Shown piece after piece: positions 19,236 through 29,413 of a DNA stretch of 64,000 bases; the first letter of the stretch is position 1, and the number at the start of each line of letters is the position of its first letter. The notes under the pieces are model-generated. The model ran no database searches. It saw nothing but the letters and a program-made list of their open reading frames with translations, and was not told the DNA's origin. The stretch spans positions 597,603 through 661,602 of the forward strand of contig CAVSHR010000012.1 of assembly GCA_963727625.1 (NCBI GenBank), in the 5' to 3' direction. This stretch comes from an uncultured delta proteobacterium (GTDB taxonomy: Bacteria > Desulfobacterota > Binatia > UBA9968). The position numbers were made by a program, and so were the translations under genes.

Positions 19236-19630
19236 TAAGAAGTTAGGAGTTCCTCACTCTGTTGCGTCAACACAAGCAAAATTACTGAAGGACGAATGGA
19301 TAGAAATTCGGCTTTGGGCACTGTAGACCGAAGAAGAATGGTGCGCTTTTTGATTTTCTCGTCTCCGGGTTGTCCAGGGATTGAACTTTACGGATAGGTT
19401 TTATCCTTGCTGCGTCCTATCCTCACTACTCTCGCCCGATCGTTCTGCGCTCCCATCCAGGTTAATACCTATCGGATATGTCACTTTGGATGCCTACACT
19501 TGGTCGCCCGCTTGATTGGTAATCAAGTGGCCAAACCAAGTACCCGTGGGAATTGGGGAATACGATCTCAGCGACCGGCCGGTCGCCGCCACAAGCTTTG
19601 CGAGCCGCGTGGTTTGTCACTCACTCCGAA

Positions 19631-20713
19631 TCACTCCAACCCATAAAACACCCGGGGGTTATCCTCGACGATCTTCCTGTGCTGCTCGGCGGAAATGCCG
19701 CCGCTGTTTTTCAACGTCGTCAGCGCATCCAGTTCCGTCGATGAGTCGGCGTGGCCGTAGTCGGTGCCGATCATCAGGGTGTTTTCACCCATGCAGCTTT
19801 TGATCAAATAGGGCACGTCGTCGCCGATCTGGCAAGTGACGAAGATGCCGCAGCGTTCGAGTAAATCGTCAGGCAGCCGGCTATCGACCTTGTCCAATCG
19901 CCGGCGCAGCTCGTAAACGACCCACGGCACCCATGTCGCTGCGGTCTCGATGAAGCCGAAGCGGAGTTTGGGAAATAGCTTTGGAATGCCGCAATTGATG
20001 ATGCGGAATAACGCGCCGACGTTGAAGATCCGATACTGGTTGAAAAAGTCCCGGCTGCCGTCCGGGTTGACCATCAGGTCGACGGCCGCGGCGCTGCCGT
20101 TGGATTGGTGTAGTCCAATGCAAAAATCCAGCTTCTGCGCCTGCTCGTAAAGCGGGAAGAAATAGGGATCGGAAATCTGCCGCGCACCTTCCAGCGGACG
20201 CATGAAAATGCCGCAGCCGCCGTGCTCCTTGGCGAATTTTAATTGATCTAGCGCATCGGGCATGCACAGCAAAGGCAGCGTTGCCATCCAGCGCAGCCGG
20301 CCGTTGCTTTCTTTCCAAACATCCGCCAGCCAACGGTTGTACGCGCCGCACAAGGCCACGTCGGTATCGGCCCGCTCGGTGCACTGATCGAGGAAGATGC
20401 TCGGGTAAAGAACTTGGATGTCAATTCCCAGTTCGTCCATGTGCTTGATGCGGCCCGACACGTCGGCGAGATCGCGCGCCGCCATCGTTGTGCTCATGTC
20501 GCGTCCGAACTCGGCCGATTTCTTGTCCACGTCCTCCTTGCTGAAGGTAAAACGGAACAGGCCGCGGATCTTCCCGTCGATCACCCAATGGGCCCTTTGG
20601 GTCTCGCCTTCGGGCTTGAACAGGAGGGGGCGAAACTTCTCTTCCGACGGCGTCAGATAATCCCAAGTATGCGGGCTTTCGACCACATGAGCATCAGCGT
20701 CTATCCATCCCAT
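19631..20713 (-). CDS. Amidohydrolase_2 family protein
   Basis: IDADAHVVE, MDELGIDIQVLYPS, AYNRWLA, FPKLRFGFIE, GTDYGH. Confidence 0.9.
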   Translation of the reverse strand: MGWIDADAHVVESPHTWDYLTPSEEKFRPLLFKPEGETQRAHWVIDGKIRGLFRFTFSKEDVDKKSAEFGRDMSTTMAARDLADVSGRIKHMDELGIDIQVLYPSIFLDQCTERADTDVALCGAYNRWLADVWKESNGRLRWMATLPLLCMPDALDQLKFAKEHGGCGIFMRPLEGARQISDPYFFPLYEQAQKLDFCIGLHQSNGSAAAVDLMVNPDGSRDFFNQYRIFNVGALFRIINCGIPKLFPKLRFGFIETAATWVPWVVYELRRRLDKVDSRLPDDLLERCGIFVTCQIGDDVPYLIKSCMGENTLMIGTDYGHADSSTELDALTTLKNSGGISAEQHRKIVEDNPRVFYGLE

Positions 20714-20731
20714 GATACCCTCCGCGGAACG

Positions 20732-20787
20732 ATTTTGGATTGCCAATCCTTCGGCTTGGCTCAGGACAGGTTTTGGATTTTGGATTA
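20732..20787. repeat. ATTTTGG-unit repeat interrupted by a CCTTCGGCT..GCTCAGGACAGG module
   Basis: The same ~23-nt module lies inside the REP-doublets at 45966 and 49457. Confidence 0.55.
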
Positions 20788-20859
20788 TCGGAATAGCGAA
20801 AAATGTTTACGGCACGTTCCGCTCTGACTATTGCATAATGCCTGTTGCCTATTGCCTTC

Positions 20860-21624
20860 TCAATGAAGCACCGCCCCGCCATTCACAAGTATCGTTTGTC
20901 CGGTCACGAAGGTGCTCAAATCGGACAACAAATATAGCGCCGTGCCGACCAAGTCTTCCGGCTGCTCGATCCGTTTGAGAATTCTCGTCGAAGCGGAGCG
21001 CTGGTAACTCTTGAGTGCCTCATCCGTCGCTTTATCCTCGCTCATGGTCGAACCCGGCGCCAACGTATTCACGCGAATATTATCCGGACCGAGCTCGCGC
21101 GCCAGCACACGGCTAAATCCGACCACCGCAGCCTTTGAGGTAACGTAGTGCATCATCGTCAGGCCGCCGTTAAACGCCATGTTCGAAGAAATATTGACCA
21201 CGCTCCCCTGCTTGCGTTTTTGCATGGCCGGCACCACCGCTCGGCTGCAGAGCCAGAGACCCTTCACGTTGACCGCCATGATCCGATCCCAAGCCTCTTC
21301 GGTGATCTCCTGCCAGCTCCCCTTCTCCGCCGGCACGCTCATGAAAATCGCTGCGTTGTTGATCAAGCCGTCGATCCTGCCGTAAGCGTCGAGCGCTTTT
21401 TTCGCCATCTCCTGGCAGCTCGCTAAATTGACCACGTCGACTTTGGTCGCCAGCGCCTTGCCGCCGCTGTCCTTGATAGCTTTAGCGAGCCCGTCCGCCG
21501 CTTTTTCATCTACATCGGCGACGACCGCCGCTCCGCCTTCACCGGCAATGCCCAGGCAATAGGCTTTACCGATGCCATGCCCGCCGCCGGTTACGACGAT
21601 GACTTTTCCATCGAGTAATCCCAT
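20860..21624 (-). CDS. SDR family NAD(P)-dependent oxidoreductase
   Basis: TGGGHGIG, NNAA, YVTSK, IRVNTLAPG. Confidence 0.93.
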   Translation of the reverse strand: MGLLDGKVIVVTGGGHGIGKAYCLGIAGEGGAAVVADVDEKAADGLAKAIKDSGGKALATKVDVVNLASCQEMAKKALDAYGRIDGLINNAAIFMSVPAEKGSWQEITEEAWDRIMAVNVKGLWLCSRAVVPAMQKRKQGSVVNISSNMAFNGGLTMMHYVTSKAAVVGFSRVLARELGPDNIRVNTLAPGSTMSEDKATDEALKSYQRSASTRILKRIEQPEDLVGTALYLLSDLSTFVTGQTILVNGGAVLH

Positions 21625-21743
21625 AGCAAGATATGCTCTCCTAAAATCACCCAATTCCCAAGTACCGTGTTCGGTACCACCCGACAGAGGCCGCTGTCAA
21701 CGGCAACAATGTTTATAGAGTGAAGGGCGCCGATGCCGCCGCT

Positions 21744-22955
21744 TTATCCCGCCGTCATTGAAAGTTTTGTACCGCGCCGCAAATCTGTGGCCAAAAATAC
21801 CAGCGATGCGAGCGGCACCAAAGGCGGCAAATGAGGAAAGGCGACCGTGTTCACCAAGGGAAAAATCCCGACTAGGACCAGCGCTAAAGAAATCACGGGC
21901 GGCACGGGCTCGCCAGCGGATTTCACAAGAAACGCAGCAGGCACGATGAGCAACACAAGGTCGTGACTGTGCAGATGAGGCGCCACCAGGATCAACCCGA
22001 TAAGAATAACCGCCCAGTCATAGAGAGTCATCCCCCCGGACCCATGGCGCGGCCAACTGTGAATGACAATCACGGCCATCACCGCAAGCGTGCCCAACCA
22101 CCAAACATAGTCTCGCCACGGCGCGCCCAAGAAATAATCTGCGAGCGCTCGCAAATTTTGCATTCCCTCGGGTTGGATATGCAAGGTATCTTCTCCGGAC
22201 GCGGCCCGGCGCGAAAGCTCCCAGTAAGCCTGCATCCCATCCAGCCCGACGACGAGCAAAGACACGAGCCCCAGGGATGCCATCACAATTAGAGCGAGGC
22301 TCACTTGGCGCCACCGTTTTCTAACAAGCAATATCAAAAGCGGAGCAGCCGCGAGCTGCGGTTTAAAAAACAGCAGGCCGGACCAAATCCCGCACTCGCG
22401 CCGCGTGGAGCCGCGCAAAGCCCTCACGAAGAGAACCAGCAACAAAAGCGCGATAAAGGACGTTTGGGCTTCGAGCAACGCGTAATGAACGCCGTAGTTG
22501 CAAAACGTTGCCAGGATCAGCCAGTTTACCTGATGCCGGTTCAATTCTAGATGCTGTATGAGAATCTTTATTGCGGCGAACAGCAGGACCAAATTGACAA
22601 CGCTCATCATTACGAAGGCTGCCGAAAACGGCAACCAGGCCAACGGCACCAAAACCGCGGCAAAAAACGGCGGGTAAAAAAATGGCAAGACCCAACTGCC
22701 GCGCGACGGGTCTATCGGCTCCTGAACCAAGCGCTGCTTTTCGAGATCGTACAGCGACCCTCGGTCGGTCCACGTGAGCTTTGCCGCCGTGTAAAGACTC
22801 ATGAAGTCAGGTTTGTAAGCGCTGCAAGACGGACTGTGATAGCGAACGATAGTCCACCAGCAAGGACCGATGACTGCGCTCATTGCGAGACCCAACCCCA
22901 GCGCGAGAGCAGCGATTCGATTATTCCAGACTTTCGGCGAAGACATCGACCACAA
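21744..22955 (-). CDS. GT87/DUF2029 membrane glycosyltransferase
   Basis: DFMSLY, FFYPPF, Q.S, FKPQ, PHLHSHD; multiple TM segments; start uncertain. Confidence 0.85.
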   Translation of the reverse strand: MWSMSSPKVWNNRIAALALGLGLAMSAVIGPCWWTIVRYHSPSCSAYKPDFMSLYTAAKLTWTDRGSLYDLEKQRLVQEPIDPSRGSWVLPFFYPPFFAAVLVPLAWLPFSAAFVMMSVVNLVLLFAAIKILIQHLELNRHQVNWLILATFCNYGVHYALLEAQTSFIALLLLVLFVRALRGSTRRECGIWSGLLFFKPQLAAAPLLILLVRKRWRQVSLALIVMASLGLVSLLVVGLDGMQAYWELSRRAASGEDTLHIQPEGMQNLRALADYFLGAPWRDYVWWLGTLAVMAVIVIHSWPRHGSGGMTLYDWAVILIGLILVAPHLHSHDLVLLIVPAAFLVKSAGEPVPPVISLALVLVGIFPLVNTVAFPHLPPLVPLASLVFLATDLRRGTKLSMTAG

Positions 22956-23034
22956 AAGCTAGCGCGGACATGGAAACCGTGAACCACGGGTCGGCGCGCG
23001 GAGTCGCTCGCGAGCGAGAATTGCTACGGGACAA

Positions 23035-23862
23035 TCAGGCACACCGTTTCACCCAATCATGAATAATTTTATTCGTGGCCTCCGGCGCCTGCCAGAAAAA
23101 CCCGTGCGACTGGCCTTTTAAGACTTTCATCTCCGCGCCGGGAATACGCTCCGCGAGCACTTTCGATTGCGCGATGTGATTGCTGCCGATGGTGTCGGCC
23201 TCGCCGATCAAAACCAGAGTCGGCGCCACCACGTCGCCTAACCGGTGCGTCCCCTCGAAGTTGTGGCGAGCGATGCAGAGATGGATGAACTCGGACAACT
23301 TGGCGTGGGTTGCCCACGCGCGGTTATAGAATTCTTCGACCTTGTCGTGGTGGCGTTCGCGATAATCCTTGGTGAAAAAAGTATCGGACTTAACGATCTC
23401 GTCATAGATGAACTTTTCGAAGCCCATCTCGACAAGATCCAATACCAGCCGATGCGGTAAACCCGGAATGCAATCGGAGCCCGGCCGCGCCGCCGGGCCC
23501 GAGCCGCTGGCCGCCATGATCAAGCTCTTGACCCGACCCGGAAAGTTCTGCGCCAGCGAGAGCGCGATGCGCCCGCCCATCGAGTGACCGATCAAATGCG
23601 CCGAGGTGAGACCCAAATGATCCATCAGCGCGACGATATCCAGCGCCATCTGCTCGATGGTGTAGACCTGCTGCGTTGCCACCGATCGCCCGCAGCCGCG
23701 CGGATCGTGAAAAATCAGATTCAACGCGTTCGCAAGCGGCATCTGCGACGGCTTCCAGACTTCGCCTGAGTACGCCGTCGACGGCACGAAGATCAGCGGC
23801 TCGCCGTGACCGTGGCTTTCGTAATAGAGATCGACGCCAGTGGGTAATTTGATGTTTGGCAT
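23035..23862 (-). CDS. Alpha/beta fold hydrolase
   Basis: DPRGCGRS, GHSMGG nucleophile elbow, PTLVLIGEAD, C-terminal His. Confidence 0.92.
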   Translation of the reverse strand: MPNIKLPTGVDLYYESHGHGEPLIFVPSTAYSGEVWKPSQMPLANALNLIFHDPRGCGRSVATQQVYTIEQMALDIVALMDHLGLTSAHLIGHSMGGRIALSLAQNFPGRVKSLIMAASGSGPAARPGSDCIPGLPHRLVLDLVEMGFEKFIYDEIVKSDTFFTKDYRERHHDKVEEFYNRAWATHAKLSEFIHLCIARHNFEGTHRLGDVVAPTLVLIGEADTIGSNHIAQSKVLAERIPGAEMKVLKGQSHGFFWQAPEATNKIIHDWVKRCA

Positions 23863-23971
23863 GGAATTGATCCGATTCAACTAAAAACCCGTCGCTCAAC
23901 TGTAATGCATACTCTTCGCGTGTCCCCTCGATCAACCCTAGGCCGAAAACCCAAAACCCGAGACCCGCGAA

Positions 23972-24970
23972 CTAATTCGGCAGCCAGCACACTGCGGCGA
24001 TTTCGCTGAGCTCCCGCCGCAGCTTCGTCCACAACATGCCGCCGTCGTCGCTGCGGTAGAGATAACCGTAGCGACTGGCGGCAAACAGGATGTTTGGGTC
24101 GTCGGAGTTCGCACCGAATGTCCACATGGTCGAATTCGGTTCCACCGGCAGCGGCAGGAGCTTCCAGCTCTTGCAGAAGTCTTCCGTTTGCGCGATGGCG
24201 CCCGAAGTACCCGGCGTAAAATCGCCGAAGCTCAAAAGCACTCGTTTTGGATTGCCCGGGTCCACGGCGATGCCGCGCAGATAATTTTCCTTGCGCGGAT
24301 ATTCCCACGGCAAACTTTTCTGCATATCGCGCGGCTCCCAGCTCTGGCCGTTGTCCGTGCTCGCGTAGATCTCGCGATTGGCGACGATGAAGACCGTCTT
24401 CGGCGGACCGGCGGTCACGGCAACGTTGTGAATGTCGCGACGGCCGGTGACCTCCACGATGCTCCAGCTATCGCCGCCGTCGCTGCTGTGGCGCGCGCCG
24501 TCCACTTCAAGCCCCGCCCAGACATGATTGGGCTCCACCGGATCGACCGCGATCCCGGTAAACCGCGGCGTGCCGACGGCCTCGCATTCCGCGGCTACTT
24601 CCACCTGCCGCTTCTCCCAGCTCCGGCCGCCGTCCTTGGAGCGAAACAGCATCGCCGGGGTCGGCGTGCCGGTGCCGACGAACATATGGTCCGGATTTAC
24701 CGGATCGAAGGCGATCACCCAGACGTAAAGACCGTTGAGCGCCGAGTCGACATATTGCCAGTTCGCCCCCCGATCTTCGCTGCGATAGAGGCCCTTTTCC
24801 GTGCTGGCAAAAAGAATCTTGTGCTCCTTCGGATGCATCGCGATGCAGCGCACAGAAGCTTCATAGGCAAATCCCCGACGCGGCCCGACGCGCGCCCAGG
24901 TCTGGCCGTTGTCCTCGCTGCGCATGATGCTCTGCCCGATGGTACCGACGACAATCGTTACGTCTTTCAT
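23972..24970 (-). CDS. BNR/Asp-box repeat beta-propeller protein
   Basis: Repeated S.D.G.(T/S)W Asp-boxes. Confidence 0.85.
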   Translation of the reverse strand: MKDVTIVVGTIGQSIMRSEDNGQTWARVGPRRGFAYEASVRCIAMHPKEHKILFASTEKGLYRSEDRGANWQYVDSALNGLYVWVIAFDPVNPDHMFVGTGTPTPAMLFRSKDGGRSWEKRQVEVAAECEAVGTPRFTGIAVDPVEPNHVWAGLEVDGARHSSDGGDSWSIVEVTGRRDIHNVAVTAGPPKTVFIVANREIYASTDNGQSWEPRDMQKSLPWEYPRKENYLRGIAVDPGNPKRVLLSFGDFTPGTSGAIAQTEDFCKSWKLLPLPVEPNSTMWTFGANSDDPNILFAASRYGYLYRSDDGGMLWTKLRRELSEIAAVCWLPN

Positions 24971-25059
24971 AGCGCCTCCCATCGTTCCAACGTTTTGAAC
25001 TTCATGACATGTCTATCGAGTTCAAATCTTTCTCACGCCTGTCGCCTCGCGCTTCACGC

Positions 25060-26040
25060 CTAGATATTCACCCTATGCATGTCCCGGCTGCGCGGCCCAG
25101 CGACTGCTTCAGGCCGAAAGATAGCATCCAGACGAACTAGATCCTCTTTTGTCAATTGGACCTCCGTGGACTTGATATTCTCCTCCAGGTGCTTGCGCGT
25201 TTTGTTGCTGGGAATCGGGATAATGTCGTAGCCCTGAGCCATGAGCCAGGCCAGCGCCAATTGCGCCGGCGTCGCGCCCTTTTCCTTGGCGATCGCTTCG
25301 AACTGAGCCAGCAGTTTCAGATTGCGTTCCAAATTCTCGGCCTGAAAGCGCGGATGATTGCTCCGCCCGTCGCCTTCCGACATATCCTTCGTGTCATGAA
25401 CCGCGCCCGCGAAAAAGCCGCGCCCGAGCGGCGAGTACGCCATGAAGCCCATGTTGAATTCACGGCAGGCGGCGATATTGCCGCCCTCGGGATCGCGCGA
25501 CCAAAGCGAGTACTCCATCTGCAACGAAGCGATCGGATGCACCTTGCGCGCGCGCCGGATCGAGTTGGCGCTCGCTTCGGATAACCCTATATAGCGGGTG
25601 AGACCGCGCTCGACCAATCGCGCCATCGCGCCCACCGATTCTTCCACGGGGATGTTCGGATCCACCCGCGACATGCAAAAAAAATCCAGGGCATCGACGC
25701 CGAGCCGCTTGACACTCTGCTCGCAGTTTTGCGTCAGGTATTCTGGGGTGCTGCCGCTGCGCATGCCGGTGGCGTCCGGCGCCCGGGGGCTGCCCGACTT
25801 GGAATGAATGATGATCCGCTCGCGCCTGCCCTTGAGCGCCCTGGCGATCAGCTCGTGATTATGGCCGCTACCGTAGCTCGCCGAGGTGTCGATAAAGTTG
25901 ATGCCGAGGTCGAAAGCCTCATGCAGCGTCGCGATGGATTCGTTGTCATCCGCCGGCCCGTAGGTTCCGGACATGCTCATGCAGCCGAGTGCCAGGCGTG
26001 AAACTTTAAATTCCGTGGTGCCAAACTGTACGTATTCCAT
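25060..26040 (-). CDS. Aldo/keto reductase
   Basis: LGCMSMS, GINFIDTS..YG, IGLSE, QMEYSLW, YSPLGRG, TPAQLALAW. Confidence 0.93.
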   Translation of the reverse strand: MEYVQFGTTEFKVSRLALGCMSMSGTYGPADDNESIATLHEAFDLGINFIDTSASYGSGHNHELIARALKGRRERIIIHSKSGSPRAPDATGMRSGSTPEYLTQNCEQSVKRLGVDALDFFCMSRVDPNIPVEESVGAMARLVERGLTRYIGLSEASANSIRRARKVHPIASLQMEYSLWSRDPEGGNIAACREFNMGFMAYSPLGRGFFAGAVHDTKDMSEGDGRSNHPRFQAENLERNLKLLAQFEAIAKEKGATPAQLALAWLMAQGYDIIPIPSNKTRKHLEENIKSTEVQLTKEDLVRLDAIFRPEAVAGPRSRDMHRVNI

Positions 26041-26177
26041 CTATTCCTCCCTTCAGCCCAGAGAGTTATCGCAGTCGAAAGGAGTATGTCAAATTTTTTC
26101 AAAGCACGAGCCGCAGGGACTCTCCGGCATCCGCAAGCGGGACGAGGCTCGAGCGAAAATCCGTGAGGCAGACAATT

Positions 26178-27254
26178 TTAAAGCTTGTGCACGGCCTGCA
26201 TCACTTCTTCGGCAAACAGCCGCATCGACTTGAGCACTTTATCCTGCGCCAAGCTGCCCGAGGCGATGTTGAACATAAGCTGCTCCGGGCGCATCGTATC
26301 GACGTAGAATTTGATCTTCTCGTTGCATTCTTCCGGCGTTCCCCAAACCGCCATCACGTTGGGCCATTCCGCCTCGACCGCTTGGCGCGCTTTTTCCGGC
26401 GTGCAGAGTTTTTCGAAAGCTTCGCGGGAAGCGCTCTTGGTGGAGTATGTTTTAATCGTTTCGGTTTCCACCGGACGGCTCAGTCTGCCACGCAGAAATA
26501 CATCAGCTTGGCTGGATAGTGCGAGAGCGCCGTTTTCGATCGCTTCGTTACGATCTTTGGCGACATGCAGGTGAATTCCGAGTACCACATCGCTCTTACT
26601 TCCAGTCGGCAGATTCATTCGGTAAGTCTCGGTCAAACCACGAACTAAGTCGAAAGGAATACCGAGATAACCCGGCTGCACCAAGCCCTGGCCAATCTTG
26701 CCGGCGAAGCTCGCGCTCTCCGGCGTGGTCGCCGCTGCCGTGTAGATCGGCGGATGCGGCAGCTGCACGGGCGGTGGGCTCAGTTTGAAGTCGCGGATCT
26801 GCCAGAACTCACCGTCGAGCTTTTCGATATAGTCGCCCTTGAAGATCTCCACCAGCATGCGGATGCCTTCCTCGAAGCGCGCGGCGCTGGTGGCGGCGTC
26901 GACATTCATCCGGCCGATCACCCACGGATGGCCGCGGCCGAGGCCGAGCATGATTCTGCCTTTGGTCAATAGATCCGCGGCGGCAACTTCGCTCGCCAAC
27001 ATTGCCGGATGGTGAATCGGCATGCTGATGATGCCGGTGAGAAAGCGAATCCGCCGTGTCCGTTGCGCCGCGGCGACATACAGTCCCAAGGGAAACGGTG
27101 AGCAGGAAAATAAATCTTTGCCGTAGCTTTCGGTGATCGAGAAGAAGTCGTAACCCAGCTCGTCGGCAAGCAGGATCTGCTCGAAAACTTCATCGTAAGT
27201 CTGCTGCTCCGATTTACCGGGATAAGAAAACTCCGTGAACAACCCAACTTTCAT
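26178..27254 (-). CDS. LLM class flavin-dependent oxidoreductase
   Basis: MKVGLF, ADELGYD, RTRRIR, GRIMLGLGRG, PPVQLPHPP. Confidence 0.9.
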   Translation of the reverse strand: MKVGLFTEFSYPGKSEQQTYDEVFEQILLADELGYDFFSITESYGKDLFSCSPFPLGLYVAAAQRTRRIRFLTGIISMPIHHPAMLASEVAAADLLTKGRIMLGLGRGHPWVIGRMNVDAATSAARFEEGIRMLVEIFKGDYIEKLDGEFWQIRDFKLSPPPVQLPHPPIYTAAATTPESASFAGKIGQGLVQPGYLGIPFDLVRGLTETYRMNLPTGSKSDVVLGIHLHVAKDRNEAIENGALALSSQADVFLRGRLSRPVETETIKTYSTKSASREAFEKLCTPEKARQAVEAEWPNVMAVWGTPEECNEKIKFYVDTMRPEQLMFNIASGSLAQDKVLKSMRLFAEEVMQAVHKL

Positions 27255-27261
27255 CTTCTCT

Positions 27262-27305
27262 CCGAACGAATTGAACGTTTTGAACGGCTTGAACGATTGG
27301 AACGG
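27262..27305. repeat. TTGAACnnn nonamer tandem array
   Basis: ccgaacgaa ttgaacgtt ttgaacggc ttgaacgat tggaacgg. Confidence 0.75.
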
Positions 27306-27309
27306 TTTT

Positions 27310-28257
27310 TTAAATCCCAATCACCATCGTTGTTCCGACGCTATTAGGCACAAACGCTTCGGCGAACTCCCGGGCGATCAGGTGCGTCGCCTTCCACCCC
27401 GTGCAATGCTGCGGCACGATGACGCTCGGGTTGAATTCCTTCAATGCTAAAATCGTCGGCTGCACGATCGGCTCGAAAATCGGCCCGGTGAGATGGAATC
27501 CGCCGATGACCGCGTGAATTTGATCGACGCCCGTTATCTCGCGGGCGCATTTCAACGTATTGATAACCCCTGCGTGGCCGCACCCGGTCAAGACCACCAG
27601 GCCTTTGTCCTTGACGTTGATGACGATCGCCTGATCGTCGTGAATCCACGGATCGGGTTGCCATCGGCCATCGATCAACGCGACCTGACGCGGGCTGCCT
27701 TTTTCGAACGGCGTCGTGCGCGGGATTTGCCCGGTGACCAGCGCCCGATCGCCGATCAGCATGGTCGGCCCGCGCTCCTCGATGATCTCGACGTCTTCCG
27801 CTTCCAGGTCTTTTTTGCTCGGCGGAATATGCTCAGACTCGTGGCCATCCGGCTGAATATTCTTTCTCTTTAGATAGGCGTCGGGATGGAGCACGATCGG
27901 TATCCGCGGCCGGCCGTAGCGTTTGATGAATCCCATCAAGCCGCGCGTGTGGTCGGTGTGGCCGTGGCTCAAAACCACCGCGTGCAGCTCGTTCCCCCTG
28001 ATTTCGAGGACATCCATGTTGTGAAGCACGCCGTCGACGGTCACGCCGGTGTCGAACAAAAACGAATCCTTGTTGCCGCCCTGGTGAGTCGTCACCAGCA
28101 TCGAGACGCCGTGCTCGGCGCGCAGCTGCGGCTTGCTATGGGCATCGCGCCCACGCTTAAACCGTTTGGCGACCGGCGTGCTGCCCATCAGGACGTCGAT
28201 GGAGTTATCCATCACGCTGAGAATTTCAACTTTATCGACCGGCTTAAGCTCGATCAT
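27310..28257 (-). CDS. MBL-fold metallo-hydrolase
   Basis: AEHGVS, LFDTG, LSHGHTDHTRG, TGCGHAG, GGFHL, HCTG. Confidence 0.9.
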   Translation of the reverse strand: MIELKPVDKVEILSVMDNSIDVLMGSTPVAKRFKRGRDAHSKPQLRAEHGVSMLVTTHQGGNKDSFLFDTGVTVDGVLHNMDVLEIRGNELHAVVLSHGHTDHTRGLMGFIKRYGRPRIPIVLHPDAYLKRKNIQPDGHESEHIPPSKKDLEAEDVEIIEERGPTMLIGDRALVTGQIPRTTPFEKGSPRQVALIDGRWQPDPWIHDDQAIVINVKDKGLVVLTGCGHAGVINTLKCAREITGVDQIHAVIGGFHLTGPIFEPIVQPTILALKEFNPSVIVPQHCTGWKATHLIAREFAEAFVPNSVGTTMVIGI

Positions 28258-28526
28258 GATCGTTCTCTTGCTTTACTCTACTTCGGTTTTGGCCCGACCG
28301 TTTTCCATACGTAGAGGAAGCCCCCTTACTAAGGGGGCGAATCGCTAGAGGGAGGTCGCGCGCGATCCCCTAATTTCTTTCCTTGCACGGAAACAACGAT
28401 TGCACAGAGAGCTCCTTCTCAACGAAAAAATCCCGCCTCAAGGCCGAGCCTCATGGGTTCGCAGCGCCGAGGTTTGTGGCTTAGCTGTTGGAGTGAACCG
28501 GCGAGTGAATTGTTTGCGTCGCTCGT

Positions 28527-29354
28527 CTAGTCGTTGGCGTGCCGGGCAAACTCCGCCGAATCCTCGTTGGTGATCTGCAGGCGGAAACCGCTCGGTTCTT
28601 TGAAATAGGTTCCCAGCTGCCCGGGCCGGCGCCCCTCGCGCTCGCCATGCTCGTCGCGCTCTTCGATGCCCGCGGCGTGGAGCTTCTCGACGATGGCGTG
28701 GAAGTTATCGTCGGTCACGGAAAATGCGAAGTGGCGCCCGCGGTAGGTTGTCTTGGTCACTTCGCTCAACTCGCTTGCTTGATTGAGAATCACAACCTGC
28801 CCGGAGGGCACGGCCAGCGCCGCCATGTTGTTTTTCTGTTCTTGCACGGTGGCGCTCAAGAACCGTTTGTAGAACTCGATGCTGGCGTTTAAGTCGGTGG
28901 TGTCGAAGTGGAGATGATGCAGGCGCGTCTTGGCGATCCCCTCGGCCTTGGTCATCTCGAAAAAATTGCCTTCGCTGTCCTGAAAAATTAGGCCGTCGTT
29001 CCAGCAACAGCCCAGGCTGCTTTCGTTTTTAATCTCTTTGACAAACGGGCTCGCGCGCCGGATCTTCTCGGCCATCTGCTCGTATTCGTTTGCCGGCACC
29101 TGAAAAGAGTGGCGCGGAAAAGAGTTCGCGCTCTCCCGCTTGGGCAGGGTCGTTTTCCCTTGGGAAAACAGCCCTACGTGGTTTTCGCCGAGCTTCATGA
29201 AGATGCGCGTCATGTTCGGCGAGTTTTCCGTCTTGAGCGTTCTCGCGCCGAGCACCTCCGTGTAGAATTTCTCCGCTCGGTCCGGGTCCATCACCGCGAC
29301 GACGAAATGATCCAAATGGCGCACGCCTCCGTTTGCTTTTGCTTCAACGCCCAT
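28527..29354 (-). CDS. Two-domain VOC/glyoxalase family protein
   Basis: LDHFVVAV.D...AEKFY..VLG, DSEGNFFE, LHHLHF...DL..SIEFY, HFAF. Confidence 0.85.
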   Translation of the reverse strand: MGVEAKANGGVRHLDHFVVAVMDPDRAEKFYTEVLGARTLKTENSPNMTRIFMKLGENHVGLFSQGKTTLPKRESANSFPRHSFQVPANEYEQMAEKIRRASPFVKEIKNESSLGCCWNDGLIFQDSEGNFFEMTKAEGIAKTRLHHLHFDTTDLNASIEFYKRFLSATVQEQKNNMAALAVPSGQVVILNQASELSEVTKTTYRGRHFAFSVTDDNFHAIVEKLHAAGIEERDEHGEREGRRPGQLGTYFKEPSGFRLQITNEDSAEFARHAND

Positions 29355-29413
29355 AACGTCTTCTCCTTTCTTGAGTAAGCCTTTTATCATCATTTTATTA
29401 ATGGCGACGACCC

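Noticed and set aside
28290-28520. Structured intergenic region with GCCCCCTT-ACT-AAGGGGGC hairpin as an ncRNA/riboswitch
   Set aside because: No recognisable family motif; a single hairpin is not enough.
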